NCBI GenBank assembly: GCA_964016885.1
Contig: OZ024743.1
Span: 295,120,001-295,184,000, forward strand
Direction of reading: 5' to 3'
Length of the DNA: 64,000 bases
DNA from: Eledone cirrhosa
Taxonomy: Eukaryota
The translations under genes and the position numbers were made by a program. The notes below the pieces were generated by a model. The model was not told the DNA's origin, did no database searches, and was given only the letters and a program-made list of their open reading frames with translations. Of this stretch, positions 50,689 through 62,881 are shown piece after piece (positions within the stretch are counted from its first letter, which is position 1; each line of letters starts with the position of its first letter).

Positions 50689-53600
50689 TGGTCTAAACGG
50701 ACGTATATTGCTCGCTCCCAGTAAGTCGCTTTATTTGCCTGTTAAAATTATTTGTTGTTAAATATTTCTTGTTGTGTAAGGGATATAAGCCCTTAGACTT
50801 TGGCCTGTGAAGGGGAAAGTATAATATTTGGGCTTCTGGCCCAAATATTTGAATTTTATTTTATATGTTAAAACATTTAAGGAGAGAAAAACATGGCTGA
50901 GCCACGCACCCCAGCGATATGTCTGCTGTTGTGCGACAACGACGTAGAAGTTGAGAGGAGCGCTACAGTGAAATTAACACAAATTGATAACACAAACACC
51001 ACCACAAACAATGTAAACAAAGACACCAATGATACCAATGAGAACTCTAATTTTGAAAAAAATGACAGTAACAACGACAACGAAAATACAGATAACAAAA
51101 AAAAAAATAACAAATAGAACAGCAATATCAACACCACTAACATGAAAACAAATAGCGACAACACCAACAGCAACAATACCAACTGCACCGAGAACAACGG
51201 TGGCAACAAAGACAACCATGATAACAGCGACAGTGCTAACAACAACACCAACAAGAACAACGACAACGACCACAACACCCCCAACGACAACAAGAACACT
51301 TTCGCTGCGGCAGCAATGAAAAAGAGGCCCTGCTTCAACATGGACCTCTCAAACAAAGATGAAGAGTTGGCCCAGGCATGGAAGCTCATCAAGCAAGAGC
51401 AAACCTGGGCCAACTTAACTGTCCCGGTAGAAGCTATTGAGGCATTGGAGCGTAGAACGGTGCATTATAGATGCATCTCAGCACAAACCAAAAGGGCAGC
51501 TTTAATCCCACAAGAAGATGTCGAAGTCGCACTGAGGTGCATCAGAGAAGAGACCGAGTACATAGAGAGGGGCAGACAGTACGGCACCATTTCGGTGTTG
51601 TTCAAGTCAGAAGCCCTCGCTATGAAACACGCTATGACTCCTTGCAAAACCAGCAAGGTCATAAAGTACTCCTTCCACATGGGAAAAAGAACGGCCCGTC
51701 TCCTCATTCCCAGAATCCCACCAGGACTTGATATGTGGTGGCTTCTGGGATGTGTGATTGTGGAGGGGACTGATACCGTCCCTATAGAAATGACCAGAAC
51801 GGCCAGAGAGGACTGGTCCGGGGTTGACCTGGAGATCCTTCTCCAGACCAGGCCCGAGAATGTGAATCAATCCCGGACCACATCCGCCTTCAGAATGAGA
51901 CGGTCAATCACATTATGTCCGAAGGCAAAACGCCGTAGTATTTTGTTTGTGGGGAAAAAACCCATTTGCGAGCCTTCTGTTCTCAACTGCTAAAAGAGGC
52001 AAGGGGTCGAAAGGCTCCACTGCTGCCTCCGCTGGGGCGAGGACCACAACCAACACCAGCACTGGCAAAACCACCAACAACAACACCAATAGAAAGACCA
52101 CCACCAACATTGACCACCCAGGGGCAAAACGAGGATAGCTGTCAAATTCCACCTCCCCTCAAAAATACACACACCAATAAAACCATAAACATACATACAG
52201 ACACACTTACAGACACAGACCCCTCATCTACCAGTAGTGAAGATGAGGGAAAACCAAAATCCCCCAAATTACAAAAAAAGAAACACAAAACGCAAACATC
52301 TCTCCAATAACACCAACATCAACACCACCATCACCAGAATCCCCCAAACGCAAACAATCTAAACAGACGCAAGAACAAATATACACACAAACATCTGAAA
52401 CCACAGACACCGCACTCACAACAAACACAGATACAACCGAGACAACACCACCAAAACCATCACCACCACAGCCACGCAAACAAATAAAATCACACCAACA
52501 AAACATACAAAACTTCGTACTCGTCAGGAGGGCCAACAAGGAACTGATGATCCTCGTAGCACGAAGTGAAAATATACAAAAAGGGGATGACATTTTTAAA
52601 TCGAGCACATTTCGCGTGCCGGAAGATTTGGTTCTGGTGCGAATGTCGCTCGATATATTCAAAGAAATACGAGACAGCCTTCCTCAGGACGTGGGAACCC
52701 CGGTCGTAAAACTCACCTCAAGACTTTTAAAGGGGTTTCCAAAAGAAACCCCACCAACTATGGAGGTCGAACAACCCGACCTTCACAAGAGCCCGGGAGG
52801 TAGGATGTTTAAATGTTCGAGGCCTGGGATCGTCCTGGAAGCAGGGTCACCTGCTCAACGACATCAGGTCTCTAGAAATGGATGTAATTGCCGTCAGCGA
52901 GACCAGGATTTCCGACACGCGCGCACTAGCCCCCATTTTCGACGACTATCAGATCTTTGCATCTGTTAGCCGGCCGGGAATGGAAAGCGGGGTGGCTGTG
53001 CTGTTTAGGAAAGGCCTGGATCTCGAGGTAAGGCCGATCGCCCTTTACTGTTAGCGGGGGACTGGAACGGCATCTTAGTCGCACGCTGGGACTGTGTGGG
53101 AGTATCCGATAGGAGCGGGGGTGCAAAAGCCTCAAGAACCTGACCAGCCAGTTCTAAATGTCTGACAGATACCGACTAGATTTCCCTAATGCGCCAGTGT
53201 GGACCTGGGCTAACCGCATAGGGTCATCTAGATCGTATATAGACAGGATATTCATTAGGAAAATAGACAAAAATAGTGTAAGCTGTCCACGTTTTGAAAC
53301 GGTCGCTTATTCAGATCACAAATTTGTAATCTATACGGTCGACCTAGATAAGACGCGTAGGTTAGGACCGGGTTACTGGAAGCTGAACATGTCATTTGCG
53401 GCACGTAAGGATTACAGGGACCGAGTCAACTATTTAGTTAAGCAAAAGTTGACAGGGGGAGTCGTTAACAATAGATGGTGGGGGGCTCTCAAAAGAGAGA
53501 TTAGAGTAACTTCGATAGAGTTCAGCAAAGAACTAGCGTTAGAGAAAAATAGAAAGGAGGGGGAGCTGGTAGATAAGTTAGATGAGGCTATTTGTAGTGG

Positions 53601-55102
53601 CATTGCAACTGACGTACTAGCGGCGAGAATGGTATTAGACCATTTCTTCAATGCCAAACACGAAGGTTGCATTGTCAGAGCTAAGGCGCGTGCTCTGAGA
53701 AACGAGGGAACCAAAGCTGTTCGATGGGCCCGCGTGGCGGAGGCGCAGCGTGGTAATAAAACCACAATTCGGTCTTTGGCGGACCGAGACGGACACGAGA
53801 TAAGCGATTCCAAGCGGATGTGTGAGGCCTTTCGCCAGCATTTTGCTCGGTTGTTTGGGAAGAGTGGTGAGTCAGAGAGAGTAGCGGATTTCAGTCCCTA
53901 CCTTCACGGCTTTCCGCGCATCTCGACGGTTGATGCTGAGCGCTACGAAAGGCAGATTACCTCAGCTAATGATGCGCAGACATGCGTAGCGGCTGCGACA
54001 TCTCCAGATATTCTGCCTCAACGGTGAACAGGTCTGGTCGCCGTTTATCAGACGGGCCTTTCCACAGCTCATTTCTTTGACAGCTGCAGTCCTGGGTAAA
54101 GAAGAGACTAGGTGAATGGCACCTGGAATGAATGTTGCCAGGCACTCACTGCCCTCTACCAAGCGGGCAATGCGATCAGTGGAACTTCCACTCTCGAGTT
54201 CTATAGAGGATTAGTGGTGGGCAAGTGCGATGACGCACTCGGAGAAGCTTTGGGCCTCGACGAAGTTGAACTGACCAGTCTGTACCGGAGGACTTTTGAG
54301 CCGGGGACAATGGACAATTTCCAAAAATCCCTCGCTTGGCAGTGCTACCGGGGGGGCACAGCCGGTTCGGGTTAAACTCTACAAGCACGGAAGTACTGTC
54401 AGACGGACCTGCCCAAGATGCGCACAGAACGACGAAACCGTTCTGCACGCACTTGTCCAATGTCCGTGCATTACTGACTTGTGGAGTTATGTCGAACAGC
54501 TACTGTCGCGTGTGGAACGAATCCGGCTATCGGCCGAGTCCATAGTGCGGATCGATCCACCGCCTTCCTTAGGTCAGGAAGGGCAGGACATTTTGCTCTG
54601 TCTGGTGGCAGTTGGGAAAGAGATTATATGGTGGACCAGGTTAAAAGGACTGAAGACAGACACTTTTCTCTTCGGCCAATCCCTCATCAACTTCTTCAAG
54701 TTTCACTTGAAAAGGAAGGTGAGGGTGGAGAGAGAAGTGCTTCCCCCCAGTACATTTGCTAAAAGGTGGGTGAATGTGGCGAGAATGGCTATGTGAATGA
54801 GCATACTCTGACCATGCGCCTATAGGCTAGCTAACTGGAGGAGAGGCGTGCTCTCCCTGGGTGCCCTAGAAGCGCAGGGTGGTTCAGGATTGGTGGGGCA
54901 CCTGAGTCACCCCAGTGTCGTCCACACCCTATCGGGGAATTTATTTTGTTATATTTATGCATAGTTTATTTTATATTTTTATATATTCATTGTTAAATTA
55001 GTCTTGCCATTGTGCACTTTTACTCGACCTTATTGTAAACCCCCACTGTCCCTGTCTTTGTATTGTCCCCTACATGTCGGCCCTTGTGGCTAATAAATGA
55101 AA

Positions 55103-55103
<1 letters not shown>
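50689..55103 (+). mobile_element. L1/Tx1-clade LINE with ORF1, APE and C-terminal zinc finger, but RT deleted; (ATT)n on both sides
   Basis: ORF1-like 50893-52800; APE GVAVLF, AGDWN, TW..RSYIDRIF, SDH, GPGYWKLN; TCPRC..ETVLHALVQC; AATAAA plus (ATT)n tail at 55104-55165. Confidence 0.88.
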
Positions 55104-55157
<54 letters not shown>

Positions 55158-56419
55158 CATTATTATCAATTTCATTAAACCTAATGTAAATACAAAAGAA
55201 CAATATTTATTGAAATTTGAGGAGTGTATATGAAAAGTATGTTTGAATAAATGGATGTCACAATATATAATATCAAAATGATAAGGAAAAAATATCATTT
55301 ATTTTAAGACCGTATTCTAGATTAGATCAGGACCTTCTTGGATGCTAGATGAAATCATTTAGTAGGAAATCCAATGTGGACATTGTTATAGGAGTTAAAC
55401 TTGTCAGCTCATACCTCTAGAGATTCAAATTTAAGAGGGTAAAGATCAAAGCGAATTTTGAACAAGATACTGCTGTAACACAGGTCAAATTTTTGTGCGA
55501 TATACAATGTCATGGGTTCAACAATGTAAGTTGAGCAACCTAGAATTAATTAACTTCTTTGCACAAATATTTAAAGAAGAAAATGTTCCCAGTTGATTTA
55601 AAGAGAAGATATATCATTTTAATATTTATATACGTTTGACTATTTCACAAAGTTCATACAAGAGAATAACCAAGAGACATATAAAATAATATATACTTAG
55701 AAAAGGTTGTTTTATTATTATATGTGAGCTATCATCACTGATTAATATCCATCTTCCACGCTAGCATGTGTTAGGCAGGTCCCATTTAGAGGCAAGTTGA
55801 CCGTGTCTCGCTCAAATAAGGGTGTTTTCAAATGTTTCGTATGATTGACCGTGCAGGCTCATCAACTTATGGGTGAGTCTAAAATAATATAATGACAATT
55901 ATAATATATATCTGATGGCGCTTCTGATTCTAAGTTAATCAGCACAAAATATTTCCTGCTAACGCATTTTCTGACCTTGTATCTGTATAAAAATAATTAT
56001 GCAGACGTTATTTTATGTTAAGAAAAACAGAACATACAAACTCACATTTAATTTTTTAAAAACTGAGCGAATAAGTAATAGACTAAGTAAAACAAATAGT
56101 AAGAGAGTAAGGCAAGACAAAAATAGTAGATAGAGTAAAAAGGAGAAGTAATTAAGAACAATACAAATATGAATTAAATGCTTGAAGAATTACAATAGAA
56201 AACGTGGAAGATTTTCACACAGGCAAACATTTAGAAATATATAGAAATATCTAATATATTATGGCTTTGATTTCGAGGATTTTTTTTTTAAATACAATTT
56301 CAAAACAAAAAAAAATAAAGTGTTAATCAGACATGCAATATATATTATACTAAACTTTTATGTTGCAAATAACGTTAGAAATGTCAATCGACCTCAGCGA
56401 TATTCAAACATATAACATA

Positions 56420-56560
56420 CCGTATTACCCGGCGTTATTTCCTAAAATAAGTCTCTAAAATCTACCATTCGTCCTGGGGGCAGAAGGTTTTTTATTATTT
56501 ATTTTAAAAATTTTGGTTGTCAAAATTAGGGTGCCTGCGTCCGCGCCGGTAAATTCATGA
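56420..56560. mobile_element. Possible pogo/Tigger-type MITE remnant
   Basis: TA-CCGTATTACCCGGCG at the left and CGCCGGTAAAT at the right form degenerate TIRs. Confidence 0.4.
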
Positions 56561-56769
56561 ATAAAACTTAAAATAGTAATATATGCTAAAGTCATATGAC
56601 GGGATAAGTCATAACTTTTATAAAAAATTGCTTAATTGATATATATGTGTGTGTGTTTGTGTGTGTGCGTGTGCATGTGTGAATATGTGTGTGTGTGCGT
56701 GTGTGTGAGTGTGTGAGTGTGTGTGTGTCTGTTTGTGTGTGTGTGGTGTGTATATGGGGATTATTCTTT

Positions 56770-57350
56770 TGCAGTTCCTCAATCATGACAATACCTCTGT
56801 CGGTTTGTAAAGCGGATTTTTGCATGAAAAAAATGTCCACATAGAACACGTCTTCTGTACATTGGAGGCCTTGGCTGGAGTTGGCGAGACTTTTGTCACA
56901 GAATTTTATCCCCTTAAATTCTTTGACGGTTTTCTTCATGATGTCCTACACCGACCTTAACAAAAGGAGGCCACATTGTTCCTCCTGTTGTGTGTTGTTT
57001 CTAGGATGTATGGGTCGATGCTGCTGCTCTTCATCATTTGTAACGATTGATCTCTGTAATGCCGCATGGAGCGGCCGCAGGATCAGGTATCTTTGCTGAG
57101 GTTACTCTGGGGGGCTTCCACGTAAGAATCTAGTACAATCATGTGGTGAATATAAACTGTTCATCTATGTAAATGTCTGATGATAATTGCCTCAATGCTT
57201 TTGGCTTTTACTCGCCCAAGGACTGCAACGTCGTTGAACTGGTCGTCCTATTTGCTTCTCATAATTGTTCGACGTTTCTTATGAGAACAAGATTGGATCA
57301 TCTATACATCATTGAGTCGGGTTACTGCATTGGAAGACATTTTAGAGATT
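56770..57350 (-). pseudogene. Very old RTE-like RT fossil
   Basis: Weak minus-strand similarity (e.g. VKAKSIEAII, compare RTE EGVKAKNL.A). Heavily disrupted. Confidence 0.3.
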
Positions 57351-57765
57351 ATAAAAGACCGCCGAGAATGTTCTGTTATTCCCTGATTTTGTTTTTTTTC
57401 CACAGAATATTATGTCCATTGCTGTTCTTTAGAATCGAAATTCAGGTTAAGATTCCGACAACAAATTCTCCAGGATGACTAAGAAAAGGTTGAGCAGTAT
57501 TCTATCGAAGCAGAAGCAGAGGCACTCCTAGCGAAAGTTTGTAGATGGGACAGTATTACTAACATATCAGAGAAATGTATAATTTCCCTGAATATGACTG
57601 ATGAACTATATTATTAAGAACAGTGACTGAGTAAATAGTATCCATTACGCATCTTCCAATGAAAGGTACTGCTTCTACACAATCATTCAGTTTACGTATA
57701 TTATAATTGATATTTGATATAACCCATACGTACATATGTGTATGTATATATGATTGTGTGTATAT

Positions 57766-60700
57766 ATCATCATCATCATCATCATCATCAGGTTTAGCGT
57801 CCGTGCTCCACGCTTGCATGGGTTTGGACGGGGGTTTTCCCACTTGAGGCAAGAGTGGTTGTCTTGCTCGCATAGGACTGTCTGGCGGGTTTTCTACAGT
57901 TGGATGCCCTTCCTAACACCAACCACATTTACAGTGTGGGGCTGGGAGTTTTTTCCGTGTTGCCTACACGGCCACATTACAGCGTGGACTGTCTGGCGGG
58001 TTTTCTACAGCTGGATGCCCTTCCTAACACCAACCACATTTACAGTGTGGGGCTGGGAGGTTTTTACCGTGTTGCCTACACGGCCTCATTTACAGCGTGG
58101 ACTGTGTGTTTTTTTGTCGTGACACCTACACGATCTCATTTGTTTCGGCCTGGATGTTGTGGGACCAACATAACTTTACATTGAAAGGGGCGGTGTGGAT
58201 GGGATGGAGGTGGTGGGACGGGGGTGTGTTTTGATAGAGATGCCTACTGACTGTAGTAGGTTTTTACTTTGTATTTAGGTAAGGCGGGTCTTCTCTATTA
58301 CTGAGTACCGCCAAAGGTCTCGGTCCAGTGACATTGTCTTGGAGAGGTGTAAGCGTGTGAGGTCGGAATTTATCAGCTCGTCCCATGTTTTTCTGGGTCT
58401 GCCTACTCCGTGGCTACCGTCTATCTTTATTGCCCTGCACTTTGTTATACAGCTGTCGTCTTTCATGCGCATCACGTGACCGTACCAACGTAGCCTTCTC
58501 TCGAGTAAACAACATCTGATCCCTCTTATTTCTAATTTTTTCCTTAGTTCGTTTATGCTTTGCCGTTCACGTATATTACTATTGCACATCCAGCGGAGCA
58601 TGCAAGCTTCGTTCCTCTCTAGTCTGCGTATATCCTCTGCACACAATGCCCAGGTCTCACTGCCATGCAGCATTGCTGTTCGTATGCAGGCATCGTATAA
58701 CCTGCCTTTCATTTTTAGGGAGAACCCTCTAGCGGCTAATAGTGGTATAAGCTCTCTGAACTTTTTCCATCCAGTTCTGACTCTAGCTACTGTACTTTCA
58801 GAGCACCCTCCCCCACTGCTGATTTTGTCACCCAGGTAACGGAAGCTGTCCACTATTTCTATAGAACCCTCTGCGCAGTTGAAGGAGCTAGTATTTTGTG
58901 GGCACTTGCTGCTACTTATTGCACCAGAGCACCGGCCACATGTAAAATCTATGTTCTTAGTTAGCTTACCTGTGATCCCACTACATCTTTTATGCACCCA
59001 TACTTTGCATTTGGGACATAACATGGAGTTTCTACCTACGCCTTTCCTACACACTGAGCATGGCCATTTCCCAGAAGGGACCGCCGCCTTATTTTCTTTC
59101 CTACAAACTAGAACTTTAGTCTTAGCCAGGTTAATTTTAAGGCCTTTTGATTCTAGGCCGTGCTTCCATGTTTGGCATTTCTTCTCTAGTTCGGTCATTG
59201 ATTCAGCAATGAGCGTTAGATCATCTGCGTATAGGAGTTCCCATGGGCAACCGGTCTTGAACTCCTCTGTTATAGCCTGAAGGACAATAATAAATAGTAG
59301 GGGGCTAAGAACAGAGCCCTGATGGACACCAACTTTTACGCTAAACTCCTCACTATATTCGTTGTTAATTCTAACCTTACTGACTGTTTCTTTATACATG
59401 GCTTGTATAGCTCTCACAAGCCATTCGTCAACACCTAGTTTTCTAAGAGACCACCAGATAATGGAACGGGGGACTCTGTCGAAGACTTTCTCCAAGTCGA
59501 CGAAAGCTAAGTAGAGGAGTTTACTTTTAGCTAGGTACTTCTCCTGTAGTTGTCGTACAATGAAAAGAGCGTCTGTGGTACTTTTGCCTGACACAAACCC
59601 GAACTGCATTTCATCTAGATCAATTCTCTCTCTGATTAGTTGCGCTATTACTTTTTCCGTGACCTTCATGACCTGGTCGATTAATTTAATGCCTCTATAG
59701 TTACTCCTATCTAGGGCATCTCCTTTTCACTTATAGCACTTAACGATGATGCTGCTACGCCAGTCCTTCGGAACAACCCCATTCTGTACGACTTGGTTAA
59801 CTATCCGGGTGACCATGGTGTGTCCCACCGAACCAGATGCCTTCAGCATCTCAGCAACTATTTCCGAAGGACCAGCCGCCTTACCCGTCTTCATATCTTT
59901 GATTGCCTTGCTTATTGTACTACCCTGGACTAACACTGCTGGTCCCTCTATTGGGTCGATGTGGGGGAGACTGTCTTTCTCCCATTTGTTCTCCTCATTT
60001 AGAAGCCTTTCGTAGTGACACTTCCAAGCTACCTTCTTATCAGCGTCGGTGATGGCAAGTATGCCATCATCGTTAAGTACACACTTCTCCCCGACAATAT
60101 CACGGTTTTCCTTGACACATTGCCTGACAATCCTGAACACCTCACGTTTTTGGTCCTCACGTTGTAGAACATGCTTGAACTTTCTTTCCTCTGATTCCTT
60201 TCTTGCGAAGTACACTTGTCTCCTAGCTTCCCTCCTGGCCAATTGATAGTCTTCTCTACTTCCCCCATCCCGCCATACTTTCCAAGCCTGCTTTTTGGCC
60301 TTAATTGACTCCTCCACCTTACTGTTCCACCACCATGTTACTCTCCTCCCACCTACCGGCCTGCTCCAGCCACAGACTTCGTCTGCCGCCGTCAGCAGGT
60401 TTGCTCTCAGGAATTCCCACTGTTCCTCTATATTATACGACTCTAATTGCTCTTCCTTACTGTCGAAAGCGTCAAGTAATATGCTTTGAAATTTATTTCT
60501 GGCTATGGGGTCCTTTAGCTTCCATATTTTTCTCCTGAGGATAGTCCTCTTCGCTGTCTAGTACGTCTCGTCCTGACTATGAGGTCGCTAATTATCAGTC
60601 TATGTTGGGAGGTGAATTCTTCATGGGGGAGGGATTTAGTGTTAACAACAGACACTCTGTCACGTCTTCTGGTAAGGATATAATCTATCTGGCTTGTGTG

Positions 60701-61860
60701 TTCCCCCGATCTATAGGTGATCAAGTGATTGTCTCGTTTTTTGAAGTTAGTGTTACAGATAGTTAAGTTATTTGCGTCGCAGAATTCCAGGATTCTGGAG
60801 CCTTCCTCATTTCTAGTACCGAACCCATAGCCCCCATGGATTCCGTCATAGCCGTCACAATGTTGTCCAACGTGATCATTTAGGTCGCCTGCAATAACTA
60901 TATAGTCACTGTCGGTTATTTGGGAGGTAGCGAGCATCAGTGTCTCGTAGAATCTGTCTTTTATAGCGCCGGGCAGTCCGGATTGGGGTGCGTACGCAGA
61001 TATTACTGTCACCGTAGTTTTATTGAGGACAAGTCTTATTTTAATTATTCTGTCGTTCACTCTATTTACGTCTATTATCTTATCTGCCCACTTTTCTGCT
61101 ACCATGATTCCTACCCCACCCAACCCATTGTCATTTCCCACCCAGAAAAGCTTATAGCATCGTTCTTTACCCACGATGAATCTAGCCGACCCTCCCCTCC
61201 ACCTGGTCTCTTGAATACAACAAACATCGACCTCCTTACGTTCAAGCATTTCTACAACCTCGTTAGAGCGACCCTTTAAGGTGCCTACATTCATGGTACC
61301 AACTCTGAAGTTTTGGATTGCGTTTGGAGGGTGGGAGCGGTGGGGCGCGGGGGGGATGGGGTTATGTTAGCCATCCTGGGCCGAAACAAGGAGGAGTGCT
61401 CGCATTCTCGTCCACGAGGTGAATTTGTCTTTATCTTTGGCATTGTCGCTGAGCGCCCACATTTTTCTCTCTTCAACTCTCCAGAATTCCGTAGTCCATC
61501 CATCATATCGAAAAGCAACCAGTTAAGCGATAGTATGGGCCTCTGACTTATGATTGGTCCACGTAATAATGGTGGTGCGTGGGGGCGGGTGGGAGGGATG
61601 ATGGGTTGTTAGCGAGAATATAAGGTTTAAGATAAGATCGCCGTATTTTGGGCATAATTTAACAATAAACGAAAATACAAGATTTGTTTTGTTTAAGAAA
61701 ATACGATAGAGAAAATGCGGTGATAGGGAAAATATGATTTTTAGAGAAAAAATATGATATAGGATGGTGAAAATATGATATAGTGTGAAATTAGGACATA
61801 GAATAGTGATTGAATGAATGGATTCGAATGGAGAGAAGAATCGATAAAAATATTTGAACG
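57766..61860 (-). mobile_element. Near full-length RTE-clade LINE with a (GAT)n tail
   Basis: APE (NVGTL, CIQETRW, SAYAPQ, GDLN, QIDYIL), linker and RT in 4 ORF pieces. 3' UTR with GGATGCCCTTCCTAAC motif in a roughly 112-bp tandem duplication (57875-58100). (TCA)n at 57766-57790. Confidence 0.95.
58275..59669 (-). CDS. RTE reverse transcriptase with an internal PHD-type zinc finger (open part of a frameshifted ORF)
   Basis: MQFGF, FVDLEKVFD, GVHQGSVLSP, LLYADD; then CSVC..CPKC..WVHKRC..CGRC before FRYLG. Confidence 0.9.
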   Translation of the reverse strand: MKVTEKVIAQLIRERIDLDEMQFGFVSGKSTTDALFIVRQLQEKYLAKSKLLYLAFVDLEKVFDRVPRSIIWWSLRKLGVDEWLVRAIQAMYKETVSKVRINNEYSEEFSVKVGVHQGSVLSPLLFIIVLQAITEEFKTGCPWELLYADDLTLIAESMTELEKKCQTWKHGLESKGLKINLAKTKVLVCRKENKAAVPSGKWPCSVCRKGVGRNSMLCPKCKVWVHKRCSGITGKLTKNIDFTCGRCSGAISSSKCPQNTSSFNCAEGSIEIVDSFRYLGDKISSGGGCSESTVARVRTGWKKFRELIPLLAARGFSLKMKGRLYDACIRTAMLHGSETWALCAEDIRRLERNEACMLRWMCNSNIRERQSINELRKKLEIRGIRCCLLERRLRWYGHVMRMKDDSCITKCRAIKIDGSHGVGRPRKTWDELINSDLTRLHLSKTMSLDRDLWRYSVIEKTRLT

Positions 61861-61873
61861 TTACTTTATACCG

Positions 61874-61906
<33 letters not shown>

Positions 61907-61910
<4 letters not shown>

Positions 61911-62865
61911 ACCTAATTCCGTGTAGTTAACTATTTGTCTAGTCAATTTCTAGGGAATAATTAGATAAGTGTCATATAGCTGTACATCTCGGAAAATAAT
62001 CTCTATCATTTGTCTATTATTACTTCACAAGTACATTTTAAACGTATAGCCTCGTTTAAATGATTTTTTATGTGGTTGATTTATACTGATTGGGAGAGGA
62101 AAAACTGTGTATATTTTATCTAATGATTCTGTGGACTTACATTTTTATATATAGCTCTGATTAATAATTATTTAATTAATTCTTCATTGAACCACACCGT
62201 GAATGGTTGCCAAACTCATATAGGCATCTGTGACTATGTCTAATTATATATATATATACCCTTTGAATTTAATATATACTCCCGTAAGGTTGAGTAAAAC
62301 GTTAGGCAGTATTCGGCTGCGCTTTCAGCAACCAGCCTACTCGCCGACAGGCACCAATCACAAACTTTCTGCCTTGACCACTGGCCACGTGATGGTTCTT
62401 AGCCATTTTGAATTCATTTCTGGCGGGGATCATGGTACAAGAAACTTAGTCCAGTCTGGGGTATCTCCTGATGAGTTCCATGCCTCGTGGATTTATCCAA
62501 GACCGGGTATATCTAAAAGGCGGAACGAAATCTCCGGGTGGTAGAGACTATGAGAATTCTGGTAAAATTCATGTGCATTTTTTCTTCAAAATTCTATTTG
62601 TACCTAATTCCGTGTAGTTAACTATCAGTCTAGTCAATTTATACAGGTAAGAAGAAATAATTAGATAGGTGTTATATAGCTGTACACCGTGGAAAATAAT
62701 CTGTAACATTTACATGATCTGTATCGTTTGTCTATTATTTCTTCATAAGTTCATTTTAAACTTATAGCCTCGTTTAAATGATTTTTTATGTGGTTGATTT
62801 ATACTGATTGGGAGAGGAAATACTGTGTATATTTTATCTAATGATTCTTTGGACTTACATTTATA
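61907..62865 (+). mobile_element. Partial-tandem non-coding element (family P8): direct repeats 61907-62142 and 62598-62862 with an HHR-like motif between
   Basis: TTGTACCTAATTCCGTGTAGTTAACTAT...GGACTTACATTT occurs twice. (TA)n flanks. Confidence 0.7.
62451..62562 (+). ncRNA. Hammerhead-like motif with a long stem II and an atypical cleavage junction
   Basis: TCTC-CTGATGA-GTTCC...GGAAC-GAAA-TCTC..GAGA-CTAT-GAGA; distal CCAG/CTGG. Confidence 0.6.
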
Positions 62866-62881
62866 TATACATATATATATA

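Noticed and set aside
47682-61279. Antisense ORFs over the LINEs (e.g. 47682-48065, 58879-59280, 60920-61279)
   Set aside because: Shadow frames of the real coding strand.
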